NCBI GenBank assembly: GCA_965262485.1
Contig: OZ253540.1
Location: 2,660,182 to 2,724,181 of the forward strand
Direction: 5' to 3'
Source: Dehalococcoidia bacterium
GTDB lineage: Bacteria > Chloroflexota > Dehalococcoidia > Lucifugimonadales > UBA3495
DNA: 64,000 nucleotides
Part shown: one piece after another, positions 50,666 through 61,000 of the stretch
Layout: every line of letters starts with the position of its first letter
Position numbering within the stretch: the stretch's first letter is position 1
Translations under genes and position numbers: made by a program
The notes under the pieces: generated by a model
Database searches by the model: none
What the model was told of the DNA's origin: nothing
The model's input: the letters and a program-made list of their open reading frames with translations, nothing else

Positions 50666-51904
50666 ATGCGTGCGTTGCTGGCGGGTACTTCCGGGGTGGA
50701 CAAAGGCGTTGTCATCTCCAACCTGATCGCCAGGCTGGCCGCCCACGGCGATATCCCCCGCGACACAGGCGGCGCAAATTCCGACGCCAATCCGCGCCAT
50801 GTGCTGGTGGCCAACGTCGAAGACATCATGGCCGAGCAGGGCGACGATCTGGCCAGCGCCCTGTCATCCTTCCGTCCGCGCTACCAACTGGCGGCCTGGC
50901 AGCGGGCTGGCCGGCGTATCTCCCAACAGCTGGAGTCAGCCGACCCTCACCACTGCCTCATTGCCGCCCACCTCACCTACTACACCAGCGGCCGGCAGTT
51001 TTCGCTCATCGACGTTCCCACCATCCGCCGCTGGCGACCTGACTGCATCATCACGCTGGTGGACGACATGCTGGACATCCACGCCGCCATGCAGCGCCGC
51101 GACGCCGACCAGCACACCAACTTCCGCCTCCGCCTTCGCGAGATCCTGGCCTGGCGCTCCGCCGAAATCGCCATGGCCGATCTGCTCGCCCGCAACCTCT
51201 ACGAAATGCGTACAATCCCCCACTACGTGGTGGGGGTCAAGCATCCCGCCGAAATGCTCTACCGGCTCATCTTCCGCCGCCGTCAGTATCCCCTGGTGTA
51301 TTCCAGCTTTCCCATCACCGCCGTCCGTGACGATCCGGACCTGCGGAGCAGGATCGACGACATCCGCAATGAGCTGCACCGCCGTTTCATCGTTTTCGAC
51401 CCCCTGACTCTCGACGAAGGAACGCCCCAGGTATTCGCCAGGGCCCAGGCCGCAGTGTCCGACGCAGTCCCCGAGATAACCGTCTGCGAGCACGAAGCGC
51501 GCTGGCCGATGGAGATAGCCGGTACGCTCAGCGACGGACGCCCTCCTGCTTACCCCATGACCCTCGACCCGCAGGAGGCTCTGGAAGTTTGGGACGATCT
51601 GGAGAACCAGATTCGTCATCGCGACCTCACCATGGTTGAGCAGGCCCAGTGCATCGCCGCCTACCGCATCACCATGGGCGGTCGGCTGTCCACCGGCATG
51701 TACTCTGAGTTGCTGTACGCCACGCACACCGCCGAGCCGGCCCGTCCCGTGCTGATGTATGCCGACCCGTCGGATAACGGCCTTGATCACCCCTTTCTCC
51801 GCAACTTCAATCACCGTACCTTCCACTCCCTAGACGACTGGTACGATGCCGTCAGCCGCATCGGCCCCGCCCCCGACCCCGAAGCCCAGCAACCGCTGTT
51901 CTAG
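50666..51904 (+). CDS. Archaeal-type adenylate-kinase-like P-loop domain fused to a nucleoside 2-deoxyribosyltransferase-like domain
   Basis: GTSGVDK P-loop, H, IITLVDD, WRSAE; then VYSSFPIT, VFDP, RDL, STGMYSELLYA. Confidence 0.65.
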   Translation: MRALLAGTSGVDKGVVISNLIARLAAHGDIPRDTGGANSDANPRHVLVANVEDIMAEQGDDLASALSSFRPRYQLAAWQRAGRRISQQLESADPHHCLIAAHLTYYTSGRQFSLIDVPTIRRWRPDCIITLVDDMLDIHAAMQRRDADQHTNFRLRLREILAWRSAEIAMADLLARNLYEMRTIPHYVVGVKHPAEMLYRLIFRRRQYPLVYSSFPITAVRDDPDLRSRIDDIRNELHRRFIVFDPLTLDEGTPQVFARAQAAVSDAVPEITVCEHEARWPMEIAGTLSDGRPPAYPMTLDPQEALEVWDDLENQIRHRDLTMVEQAQCIAAYRITMGGRLSTGMYSELLYATHTAEPARPVLMYADPSDNGLDHPFLRNFNHRTFHSLDDWYDAVSRIGPAPDPEAQQPLF

Positions 51905-51939
51905 GGCTAACTTCGCAGGGGAAAACCCCCCGTCCCCTG

Positions 51940-52230
51940 CCGCGGCCCAAAATCCTGTCCATCCTGCCTACCCATGTCGGATTCGGCTCCCCTCTCCCAG
52001 TGGGAGAGGGGCCGGGGGTGAGGGCCGTGCCCCCGACTGAAGCCCACCCTTGCATTTCGAGAAGCGCCCGCTCATCCCGATCTTGTCGAGGGACGTGGTA
52101 ATCCCGTTACGCACAACACCCAAAAATCCTGTCCATCCCGTCCATCCTGTTCATCCAGGTAAAAACCCGCCCCGTCCCCCGTTCGTCCTGAGCCTGTCGA
52201 ACGATCATCCTGTTCATCCATGTTGGATTC
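51940..52230. repeat. Mosaic of family E (AATCCTGT(C/T)CATCC), B and C palindromes
   Basis: Several repeated units; shares a block with 24590-24650. Confidence 0.72.
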
Positions 52231-52272
52231 GGCCCCCATCTCCCCATACGCCATACGCCGCCGTCGCCCGTG

Positions 52273-52301
52273 TTGACGCCGGCCCCCTATGTTGCGTAAA
52301 A
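52273..52301 (+). promoter_or_regulatory. Putative sigma70 promoter of iscA
   Basis: TTGACG..TAAAAT about 40 nt upstream of ATG. Confidence 0.45.
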
Positions 52302-52341
52302 TTGCATCATTATCAACTTCCTGTCAGGGGGTGACCAATTT

Positions 52342-52698
52342 ATGCCTATCACACAGAACGGCGTTGAGCTGTCCGTTGAGATTTCGGAAAAGGCCGCCGA
52401 GAAAATCAAGTATTTCGCCGATAAAGAAGGGATCATGGGTGACGTGGGCCTGCGGGTGGCGGTAAAGGGTGGGGGCTGCTCCGGTCTCACCTACGACCTT
52501 ACCATCACCGGCGAGGAGCGCGAATCCGACAAAATCGTCGAACAATATGGTGTCAAGGTCATGGTGGACAAAAAGTCCTACATCTACATCGTTGGCACCC
52601 AGCTCGACTTTTCCGACGGGCTGAACGGCAAGGGCTTCATATTCGAAAATCCCAACGCCAAAAAGGCTTGTGGCTGCGGCACCTCATTCGCCGTCTAG
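52342..52698 (+). CDS. iscA: Iron-sulfur cluster A-type carrier (HesB/IscA)
   Basis: VKGGGCSGL.Y, NPNA..CGCGTSF. Confidence 0.93.
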   Translation: MPITQNGVELSVEISEKAAEKIKYFADKEGIMGDVGLRVAVKGGGCSGLTYDLTITGEERESDKIVEQYGVKVMVDKKSYIYIVGTQLDFSDGLNGKGFIFENPNAKKACGCGTSFAV

Positions 52699-52784
52699 TT
52701 GCATTGAAATCAAGGGGGTAAGCGACCCTCACCCCCCGGCCCCTCTCCCACCGGGAGAGGGGTTTTACGTTTCGGAGGTTGGAG

Positions 52785-53819
52785 ATGACCGCTTTTGCCA
52801 CTGATTCACACACCGCCGCCGAGTTCCAGGCCGCCACCGAGCGGGCCGCCGTTTACCCTGACGACGCCGGCATCCTGCTCCTCACCGGCGAGGACGCCCG
52901 TGACCTGCTCAACCGCCTGTCCACCAACCTGATCGATCCGGACGCGCCCGCCGGCGAGATCACCGTGACCGTGCTCACCAGCGACCGCGGCCGCATCGTC
53001 GACCTGGTATGCGTCATCCACTGCGGAGACCACCAGATCATGCTCACCAGCCCGGGCCAGCAGCAGAACGTCATCGACTTTCTGGACAAGTACACCATCA
53101 TGGAAGACCTGGAGATTGAGGACATCACCGACCAAACCTCCCTGCTGAGGCTGACCGGACCGGACGCCGCCGGCATTTTGGGCCGGGTACCGCACGATGG
53201 TGCCCTGGTGGTAGAGCATCCGACCGACCGCGACGATCCGGAACGCCTGCCCACCCGTTACCTGCTGTCCGACGACCCTGACGCCGCCGCACGCATCTCC
53301 GCCGCCCTGGAATCAGCGGGCGCGGTGAGCATCAGCGCGGAGACCGCCGAGACCCTGCGCATCGCCCAGCGCCGGCCGGCGTACGGCCCCGAGATGAGCG
53401 ACACCTACAACCCGTTGGAGGCCGGCCTGATCGGCGCCATCGACTTCCACAAGGGTTGCTACATCGGCCAGGAGGTTATCGCCCGGCTGGACACCTACGA
53501 AAAGGTGCAGAAATACCTGGTCGCCCTGCACTTTCAATCCGATTACGACGGTGTCGACAATCTCGCGGAGACGCTGCCCGACTCCCGGTTGGTTGACGCG
53601 GACGGAAAGGCGATGGGGCTCGTTACATCGGCAGCGGTCGTACCCACAGCGGACGGCGCCGGCGTCATCGGCCTCGGTTACGTCCGCACCGCCGCCGCCA
53701 AAATAGGCAACGCGCTCAGCGTCACCACCCCCGACGGCGAGGCCATCAGCGGCCTGACGGCTCACATCACGGCGCAACCCCAGCTGTTCGGCGGCGAGCA
53801 ACCACCCCTCAGCGCCTGA
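52785..53819 (+). CDS. ygfZ: YgfZ/GcvT-like folate-binding protein
   Basis: KGCYIGQEVIAR signature. Confidence 0.88.
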   Translation: MTAFATDSHTAAEFQAATERAAVYPDDAGILLLTGEDARDLLNRLSTNLIDPDAPAGEITVTVLTSDRGRIVDLVCVIHCGDHQIMLTSPGQQQNVIDFLDKYTIMEDLEIEDITDQTSLLRLTGPDAAGILGRVPHDGALVVEHPTDRDDPERLPTRYLLSDDPDAAARISAALESAGAVSISAETAETLRIAQRRPAYGPEMSDTYNPLEAGLIGAIDFHKGCYIGQEVIARLDTYEKVQKYLVALHFQSDYDGVDNLAETLPDSRLVDADGKAMGLVTSAAVVPTADGAGVIGLGYVRTAAAKIGNALSVTTPDGEAISGLTAHITAQPQLFGGEQPPLSA

Positions 53820-54068
53820 GTTGCACCCTGCTCCGCAGCCGTGTCCGCCACCTGCTGACGCATGGCACCCCGATGGGCCACATGCTCAAGCGGCTGGCCC
53901 GCCCATCCATCACGCCGGCGCTGACTTACCTGGAATTAGTGGCCGACCCGGCCGGGAGCGTGGCGGCGGTACCGTGAATAAACGAGGATGAATGGCCGAA
54001 GTTACGAATGAATCGCAATTGCAAGGCTGTTCTGTATTTCGCTCGCCGTTGTTCCCGGTCTAGGCACA

Positions 54069-54811
54069 TCATCTGAATTGTCGATTGACGCAGACGGGGC
54101 AAGAACACGGCGCACCCCTCGAGAGGTGAGCTAATCCGTGTAGCGCGTTTTCGTCCCTATCGAACTTGTGCGCGATCCGGTCGAAGTCGCCGGTGAGCTT
54201 TGAATTGAACCTTCCAAACACCGCATTGGCACAAAAATCCGCGTATTGCAACAGGCGCGTGTCCCTGGCTGGTGCGAAATATGGGATATCAGTGACGTTG
54301 TGAAGGTTACGCCACTGATGCGCTAGAATCGCTAATGTCTTGGCTGAACTCGACTGGGCCAACACAATGAGTCCGCGTTGTTCTTCTCTATTGGCAGCGC
54401 CTGCTTGACGATTTATCCGGCCCATGAATAAATCGAACCTGCTGACCAAATCCTCGAACGCGATTTCATAAGGGTCTCTACGCTGTACCCTAGCATACTC
54501 CATCTCGACGGCACAAGCAAATAGCACTGCGGATCTGCTGCCAATTATGTCGTAAATTCGGCTTTCAATTCCGCACGCTGGTCAGGCGCTAATTCGTCCC
54601 AAGGGGGTTCAACCTTATCTCCGGCCTTGGTCCGCAATCGCGTCGCGTGAAAGAAAACGGGGTCGGTTTTCTCAGGGAAGTATTTATGTTGCACCGCTTC
54701 CAAGTCTTGACCGAACCAGTAGATTTCGCGCTCAAACACGGCGAGGCCGGCCAATACAAAGTAACTTGCTTTGCCATGAGCTCCCGATTCATCTAGATAG
54801 AGGATGTACAT
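54069..54811 (-). CDS. DUF3800 (RNase H-like) protein, 1-nt frameshift near 54555
   Basis: MYILYLDESG, FVLAG, FHA, LLQYADFCANA; one extra A (GAA ATT TAC GAC) fuses the two ORFs. Confidence 0.82.
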
Positions 54812-54869
54812 AAAAAAGCAGTCGGCTGAAGCGGAGCTTCACCGGGCTTAGCTAGCAGCCCTACCGACT
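54812..54869 (-). ncRNA. Three-way-junction leader RNA upstream of DUF3800
   Basis: AGUCGG/CCGACU closing stem, GGGCU/AGCCC and UGAAGC/GCUUCA arms, then GC-U6-AUG. Confidence 0.65.
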
Positions 54870-54875
54870 AATGTT

Positions 54876-54904
54876 AGGCTATCAACTGCCCTCCCATTTG
54901 TCAA
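54876..54904 (-). promoter_or_regulatory. Sigma70 promoter of the RNA-DUF3800 unit
   Basis: TTGACA-N17-TAGCCT; predicted TSS about 54869. Confidence 0.65.
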
Positions 54905-54917
54905 CGCCATGTTAATT

Positions 54918-55098
54918 CTCACGCGTACCCACTTTGTCAAACCAAACTGGCCTACTGTCATTGCGAGGAGCACAGCGACGTGGCAATCTCGTTGAGGTTG
55001 AACACCCGTCGGCAAACCACCATTGCTACGGCGACGAGATTGCCACCCCCGTATCAAGCACGGGGTCGCAATGACAGATTAAAGTGGGTACGCATGAG
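54918..55098. mobile_element. Family A MITE
   Basis: CTCACGCGTACCCACTTT/AAAGTGGGTACGCATGAG ends. Confidence 0.87.
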
Positions 55099-55157
55099 GC
55101 TGTTCGCTTTGTGATACCGCTCCGTCGATGGTAAAATAAGCCTGCATTTGAAATCTT

Positions 55158-55234
55158 GGGCGGTTAGCTCAGTTGGTTAGAGTACTTGCTCGACACGCAA
55201 GAGGTCAGTGGTTCGAGTCCACTACCGCCCACCA
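55158..55234 (+). tRNA. tRNA-Val(GAC)
   Basis: GGGCGGT/ACCGCCC acceptor, D arm, CTTGC-TC-GAC-AC-GCAAG, GGTTCGAGTCC, encoded CCA. Confidence 0.97.
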
Positions 55235-55547
55235 TCGACCATAACCTAGGTCGATGCCTCCCGGGCAGAATCCGGGCCGCCTGCCCCAATGCCTGCCGCA
55301 GACCCCGGCATTGCTCTGGCGGAATCCGCCTCCCTGACCGACACCGCGCCTTTTGCCAACGGGCTGATCCCATCCGGCTCAACACGGAGCATCGTTCAAG
55401 CCCTGAATCCACGCCCCAACTGCACAACCTCCCGACAGGTTGACGTGGCTCCGTAGATTTGAGTATTCTTGCCCCTACAGGAATATCCATTTTCGAGACT
55501 GTTCCGGGCGCCACAGGGTCGGGAACTTGTTACAACGAGGGAGATTT

Positions 55548-55958
55548 ATGGTAAAGCAGGGTGTGGTACCCGACGATCTTACGAAACCCTTTTTTGATGC
55601 CGCCAACGAAGAGCGACTATGCCTCCAGAACTGTAGCGCGTGCAGCCGGCTGCAGCATCCGCCCGCTGCGGTGTGCGCCCAATGCCGCTCCGCCGACAAC
55701 CTGGAGTGGAAAGACGTGAACGGGCGCGGCGCCATCTATAACTACGGTGTCGTCCACGACTGCCCGGTTGGGTCGCTCAAAGAGGACCTTCCCTTCAACC
55801 TGGCCGTAGTCATGCTGGAAGAAGACCCCGGCATCCAGTTCTATTCCCACCTTCCCGGAACTCCGGTGGACGACGTACCCGTCGGAGCCGCGGTTCAGGT
55901 GGTGTTCGAGGCAACCGCAAACGGCCAGAAAGTACCCGAGTGGCAAGTCATTGGCTAA
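55548..55958 (+). CDS. DUF35 Zn-ribbon/OB-fold protein
   Basis: PFFDAA, QNCSAC..HPP..CAQC, LPFNLAVV.LEEDP. Confidence 0.9.
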   Translation: MVKQGVVPDDLTKPFFDAANEERLCLQNCSACSRLQHPPAAVCAQCRSADNLEWKDVNGRGAIYNYGVVHDCPVGSLKEDLPFNLAVVMLEEDPGIQFYSHLPGTPVDDVPVGAAVQVVFEATANGQKVPEWQVIG

Positions 55959-56006
55959 CCACCACGATATTTGCACACTGTAAGCCTTCGCAACTAGGAG
56001 TTAACC

Positions 56007-57338
56007 ATGACCACACAGATGGCTCCAGAATCCATGTACCGGTCCAGAGAGGGCATGGGAATTTGGGAACACCGCGGCAAGGTCGCGGCCGTCGGCATCG
56101 GCCACTCTCCCACCGCACGCCGCTGGGACGGACGCCCCGAAACTTCGGTGGGCGCCAACAGCATCCTCGCCCTTCGCAAGGCCATCGACGACGCCGGCGT
56201 CTCTCCCGACCAGGTCGACGGCATCGTTCTGGTTCCGGTTACCACCACCGGCGCATATTGGCCGTCGGACACTCCCGTTCCCATGGATGTGGTGAACGCC
56301 TTCAATCCCACCGATGACCCGTTGGACGGTATCGGCCAACTCAGCGCTGAGTGGATCCTCAAAAACATGCCCGAGCTAACCAACGTCAAGTTCACCATGT
56401 ATGCGCCAGGCTGCATGTCCGCCGCCTGCGTGGTTGCCGCACAGGCCGTCGGCGCTGGCCTCACCAGCACCTGCCTGGTGCTCAAAGGCTGGCATAACCT
56501 GGAAGGCCGCTATAACCACGGCGGTATCAGCGCCGCCGACGAGGTTCCCGGATCCTTCGCTATCAGCCCGGGCCGCACGCTTTGGGGCGCCCCCGGATGT
56601 TACGGCACCGCGTTGCAGTTCGCCGAGTACTGCCGCAAATACGGCAAGCACCACGACATGATGGCTCCGTTCATGCAGAACTCCCGGCGCAACGGCCTGC
56701 TGTTCCCCGAGGGATACTGGGCGCAGCACCGTCCCGAGCAGCTGCTTCCCGAAGACTACCTGGCGTCGCGCTGGATCGCCAAGCCGGCCAACCTCTTCGA
56801 TAACGACATCCCGATCATGACGTCCGCGGCCTACCTCTTCACCACCGCCGACCGGGCCCAGGACATGCAGCAAAAGCCGGTTTACATCCTCAACCATGCC
56901 TCCAGCCGCGGCACGCCCCGAAGTCTCACCCCCACGCTGGAAGAGATACAGGCCGAAACTGGCAGTACCGGACGGAAGATCTATGAGGGCGCCGGCATCA
57001 CCGCTGACAACCTCTCCTTTGAGAATATGTACGACGGTTTCGCCCAGTTCCACCAGTTCCATATCGAGGGCCTGGGTTACCGGGGCATGAAGTTCGGGGA
57101 CGCCCTGGACTTCTACCAGACCGACATCAGCATCGAGGGGCCAAACCCCATCCTGCCCAGTGGCGGCAACATCGGCAGCGGCCGCAGCCGTTTCTGGATG
57201 CACACCGATTGCATCCAGCAGATTCAGGGCCGGGCCGGCGCCCGCACGCTCACCGGCGTAAAGCCCGAGATTGGCGTCTCCGGCGGCCCCATGCCCATGG
57301 GCGGCAACTATACCGTGTGGAGCGTTTCCCCGGACTAG
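56007..57338 (+). CDS. Divergent thiolase-fold protein
   Basis: KVAAVGIG, YDGF, PSGGNIG.G, IQQIQGRAGAR; paired with DUF35. Confidence 0.82.
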   Translation: MTTQMAPESMYRSREGMGIWEHRGKVAAVGIGHSPTARRWDGRPETSVGANSILALRKAIDDAGVSPDQVDGIVLVPVTTTGAYWPSDTPVPMDVVNAFNPTDDPLDGIGQLSAEWILKNMPELTNVKFTMYAPGCMSAACVVAAQAVGAGLTSTCLVLKGWHNLEGRYNHGGISAADEVPGSFAISPGRTLWGAPGCYGTALQFAEYCRKYGKHHDMMAPFMQNSRRNGLLFPEGYWAQHRPEQLLPEDYLASRWIAKPANLFDNDIPIMTSAAYLFTTADRAQDMQQKPVYILNHASSRGTPRSLTPTLEEIQAETGSTGRKIYEGAGITADNLSFENMYDGFAQFHQFHIEGLGYRGMKFGDALDFYQTDISIEGPNPILPSGGNIGSGRSRFWMHTDCIQQIQGRAGARTLTGVKPEIGVSGGPMPMGGNYTVWSVSPD

Positions 57339-57477
57339 ACCCGACGCTTCTCCACATCCCAGCATCAAACTGAATTTAGATGAGAGCCCGGCCCGGCCAT
57401 CCTGGTCACCGGGCCTCATTCGGGAAACGGCGCCCAACCCTGGCGTACACACCATCAACTTCAAGTGAGGAATCAAT

Positions 57478-57855
57478 TTGGCGATACTGATCAGTTTTGA
57501 TATCGACGGCACTCTGGAGGTGGGAGACCCGCCGGGCGTTTTGACCATGGATATGGTCCGAATGGTCCAGGAAAAGGGATTCCTTATCGGCAGTTGTTCC
57601 GACCGGCCAATGAGCGGCCAGCAGGCTATCTGGGACCAGCACAACATACCCGTACATTTCGTCGTCCCGAAACACCGGCTCCCGGAAGTGAAAGCGAAGT
57701 TCGAAGCGGACGTTTACTACCACATCGGCGACCGGGAAGACCTGGACAAAAAGTACGCGCTGGAAGCGGGATTCGAGTTCCTGTGGCCCGACGAAGCTGC
57801 CGAAATGCCGTGGTTCCTCTCCGATACCGCCCCCGGAGACCCTTCCCCAGCCTGA
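57478..57855 (+). CDS. Small HAD family hydrolase
   Basis: ISFDIDGTL, HIGD..D..A..AGF. Confidence 0.85.
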   Translation: MAILISFDIDGTLEVGDPPGVLTMDMVRMVQEKGFLIGSCSDRPMSGQQAIWDQHNIPVHFVVPKHRLPEVKAKFEADVYYHIGDREDLDKKYALEAGFEFLWPDEAAEMPWFLSDTAPGDPSPA

Positions 57856-58079
57856 TCATCCCGTCCGCCCCCACGTCCAACGGGCTGCCCCCCTCTCCCG
57901 GTGGGAGGGGGGGGCAGCCGGTGGGGGGGGCGCAACCCCAACCCTCCGCCATCGCGCCACCGCATCGAGATTGCCGCGCTGCGCTCGCAATGACAAGCCC
58001 CCCAGCGCTGTTTACATCCGATTCCAGTCAACGGTCGTAGACGGTTTGTACGAATACGACCGCCGGATGAGGACGCACA

Positions 58080-61000
58080 GTGAAAACTAAAATCGCAGCA
58101 TCCCTGGTTTTTGTCGGTGTGGCCGTCCTGGTTGCCGTCGCGGCCTATCTCACCCAGCTCTCCCCATCCCCTCCGGGCGATAGCGATCCCGACGCCGTCG
58201 TCTATTCCGGACGGCTGGACAGCTACCTGGCGGTAGCCCCGGCCGTTTTGCGCGCCGGCCAGACCGAAAACATCTCCGTCTCCCTGTTTGATGGCGCGGA
58301 GCCGGCTCAGGGCGCCGTCCGGCTGGCGCTGATGCAGGATGGCGTCCCCGTGGCGCAAACCACCGAACTTGTCCAGGGCGCCGCTTCGGTTCCTTTCCCC
58401 GTACCCGCATTGCCCTCCGGCGATTACGACCTCCACATCGTCAGCAGCGGCGACAACGGAACGCAGTTTGAGGACACCGCCAGCGTATCCGTGCAAAACC
58501 CGACCATACTGTTCCTGCAGACCGACAAGCCAATCTATCGCCCCGGTCAACAGATTCACCTGCGCGTCCTCCGGCTGGACCCCGATCTCAAACCCGCGCC
58601 GGGTCCGGTAACCGTCGAGATTCAGGATGCAAAGGGCAACAAGGTGTACCGGCAGGAAACCGATGCCGATGAGTTCGGCATGGCCACCGCTGACCTGCCC
58701 TTGTCCACCGAACCCAACCTCGGCGTCTGGAATATCACCGCATCATCGGGCGAGCAGACCACGCAGCAGGACGTGCGCGTCGAACAATACGTCCTGCCCA
58801 AATACGAAATCACCCTCGATCTTCCCCGGTCATGGGTGCTGGCCAGCGATCCCGTCGTCGGCACCGTTTCTGCCGAATACAGCTTCGGCAAGCCGGTGCG
58901 GGGCGAGGTCGAAATCATCGCCTCCCGTTACGTGGGCGTATGGGAACAGTACGCCGTCTTCACCGATGAAATTGACGGCTCCGTTTCCTTCGAACTCCCC
59001 CCAGTCGGATACGTGGCCGGCGTCCCCGCCGCTGGCGGTCAGGGCAACCTGCAGCTCGACATCACCGTGCGCGAACCATCCACCGGCTACCTGGAACGCT
59101 CCACGGAGCTCCTCACCGTCGCTGAAACACCGGTGAACCTGCAGTGGATACCGGAAAGCGGAGCGTTCAAACCCGGCCTGCCCTTCTCCCTGCTCATCGT
59201 CGCGGAAACTCCCGATAATCGCCCCGTCGACTCGGACGTGAATGTAACCCTGCAATTTTTCGACCGAAATTTGAACCGCATCAGCCAGGAATCCTTCGAC
59301 GTAACCGCATCGAACGGCAAGGCGCTTGTCGAGATAGAGCCGCCCGATGACGCGGTCACCCTCACCATTAGCGCATCTTCACCCAATACCTACGCTGCCA
59401 TCACCCTCCCGGCCAGCTATTCGCCGACCGGCAACTTCATCCACGTGGAGCAAACCGGCGCCGCCCGGCTCGATGTCGGCCAGCAGGCCAGCTTCTTTAT
59501 TCACTCCACCGGCGAAGCCAGAAACTTCTACTACGAGGTCGTGTCGCGCGGTCGCGTGGTCTTTTCCGACGTTTCCCAGTCTCCCGACATATCCATCGCC
59601 CTCACGCCGGAAATGTCCCCGTCTTCCCGGCTGCTGGTGTACCAGATTCTCCCCGACAACGAGGTGGCTGCCGATTACATACCCTTCTCCGTATCAGCCA
59701 GCTATCCCATGCCCGTCGATGTCGGTTTCAGCGCCGCCGAAGCCCGCCCCGGCGATCCGGTGGATATTCAACTAAACACCCAGGGCCCGGCCAAAGTGGG
59801 CCTGGCCGTCGTTGACCGCTCCGTGTTCATCCTCGCCGAAAACCGCCTCAACCTGCAGCAGGTATTCTCGGAACTCGAACGCCTCTACCTGCAACCCCGC
59901 GTCGAGGCGCACTACGCCGACTGGCCCGGCGATGCCAAAACCAGGGGTTCTTCCGAGGCTTTCACCGAGGCCGGCCTGGTGGTAATGACCGACAAAAATG
60001 TTCCCGATGGCATCGAGTACGGGCGTCGGGAATCCTGGTGGATTCGCTGGCTGTTCGGCTCTCTGGCCGGCGTGGGCGGCATGGCTGCCGTCGGAAGCAT
60101 CGGCGCCGGCGTGATGGAGTTTCGGCGTGGCGGGCGCAAAATCAGATATGCGCTATTCGGACTCGCCCTGCTGCTCAGCGTCGGCCTCATGGTCGGCTGC
60201 GGCGGGTATGCGTCAGAAGAGTCTGTTGGTATGGCGGCAATGGCCCCCGTGCCGGCGTCGGGCGCCGCCGCTGCATCCGGTAGCGCCGCCGCTGCATCCG
60301 GTAGCCTCGCCGACGTCCAGCGCGTGCGCCAGTACTTCCCCGAAACCTGGCTGTGGACCGACGTTATGACCGACGCATCCGGTCAGGCCATCCTGCCGGT
60401 GGAAGCCCCCGATAGCATTACCACCTGGATGCTCCGCGCCGTTGCCATGTCCCCCGAACACGGCCTGGGTGTGGCCGAAACCGAGCTCACGGTGTTCCAG
60501 CCCTTCTTCCTTCAGGTTGACCTGCCCTACTCCGCCATCCGTGGCGAGGAATTTCCCGTCAAGGTCGCCCTCTATAACTACCTGGAAACCCCGCAGGACT
60601 TCTTCGTCGAACTCGACGAATCGGAAGATTATGAACTGCTGGGCGAACGTACCCAGGTGGTTAGCGTCGCGCCCAACCAGGTCGGCGGCGTTGAATTCGA
60701 CATCCGCCTGACCCGGCTGGGCAGCCTGCCCATCGAGGTAACCGCCCGCAGCAGCGATTCAGCGGATGCCGTCATCCAAACCCTGCTCGTCGAACCGGAA
60801 GGCGTCGCCAGGGAATCGGTGGACAACGCCATCCTGTCCGGCGGCGACCGGCGCGATTTCCAGATCATTCCGCATCCCGACGAAATCCCCGGCTCCGACC
60901 GCGCCTACGTCGTCCTCACCGGCAGTTACCTGAGCCAAACGCTGGAAGGACTCGAGAACCTGCTCCAGATGCCCTACGGCTGCGGCGAGCAGAACATGAT

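Noticed and set aside
55158-55234. tRNA-Val as partner of the att site at 39860
   Set aside because: The 3' sequences differ (CTACCGCCCACCA versus TCATCGGCTCCA) and the orientation is opposite
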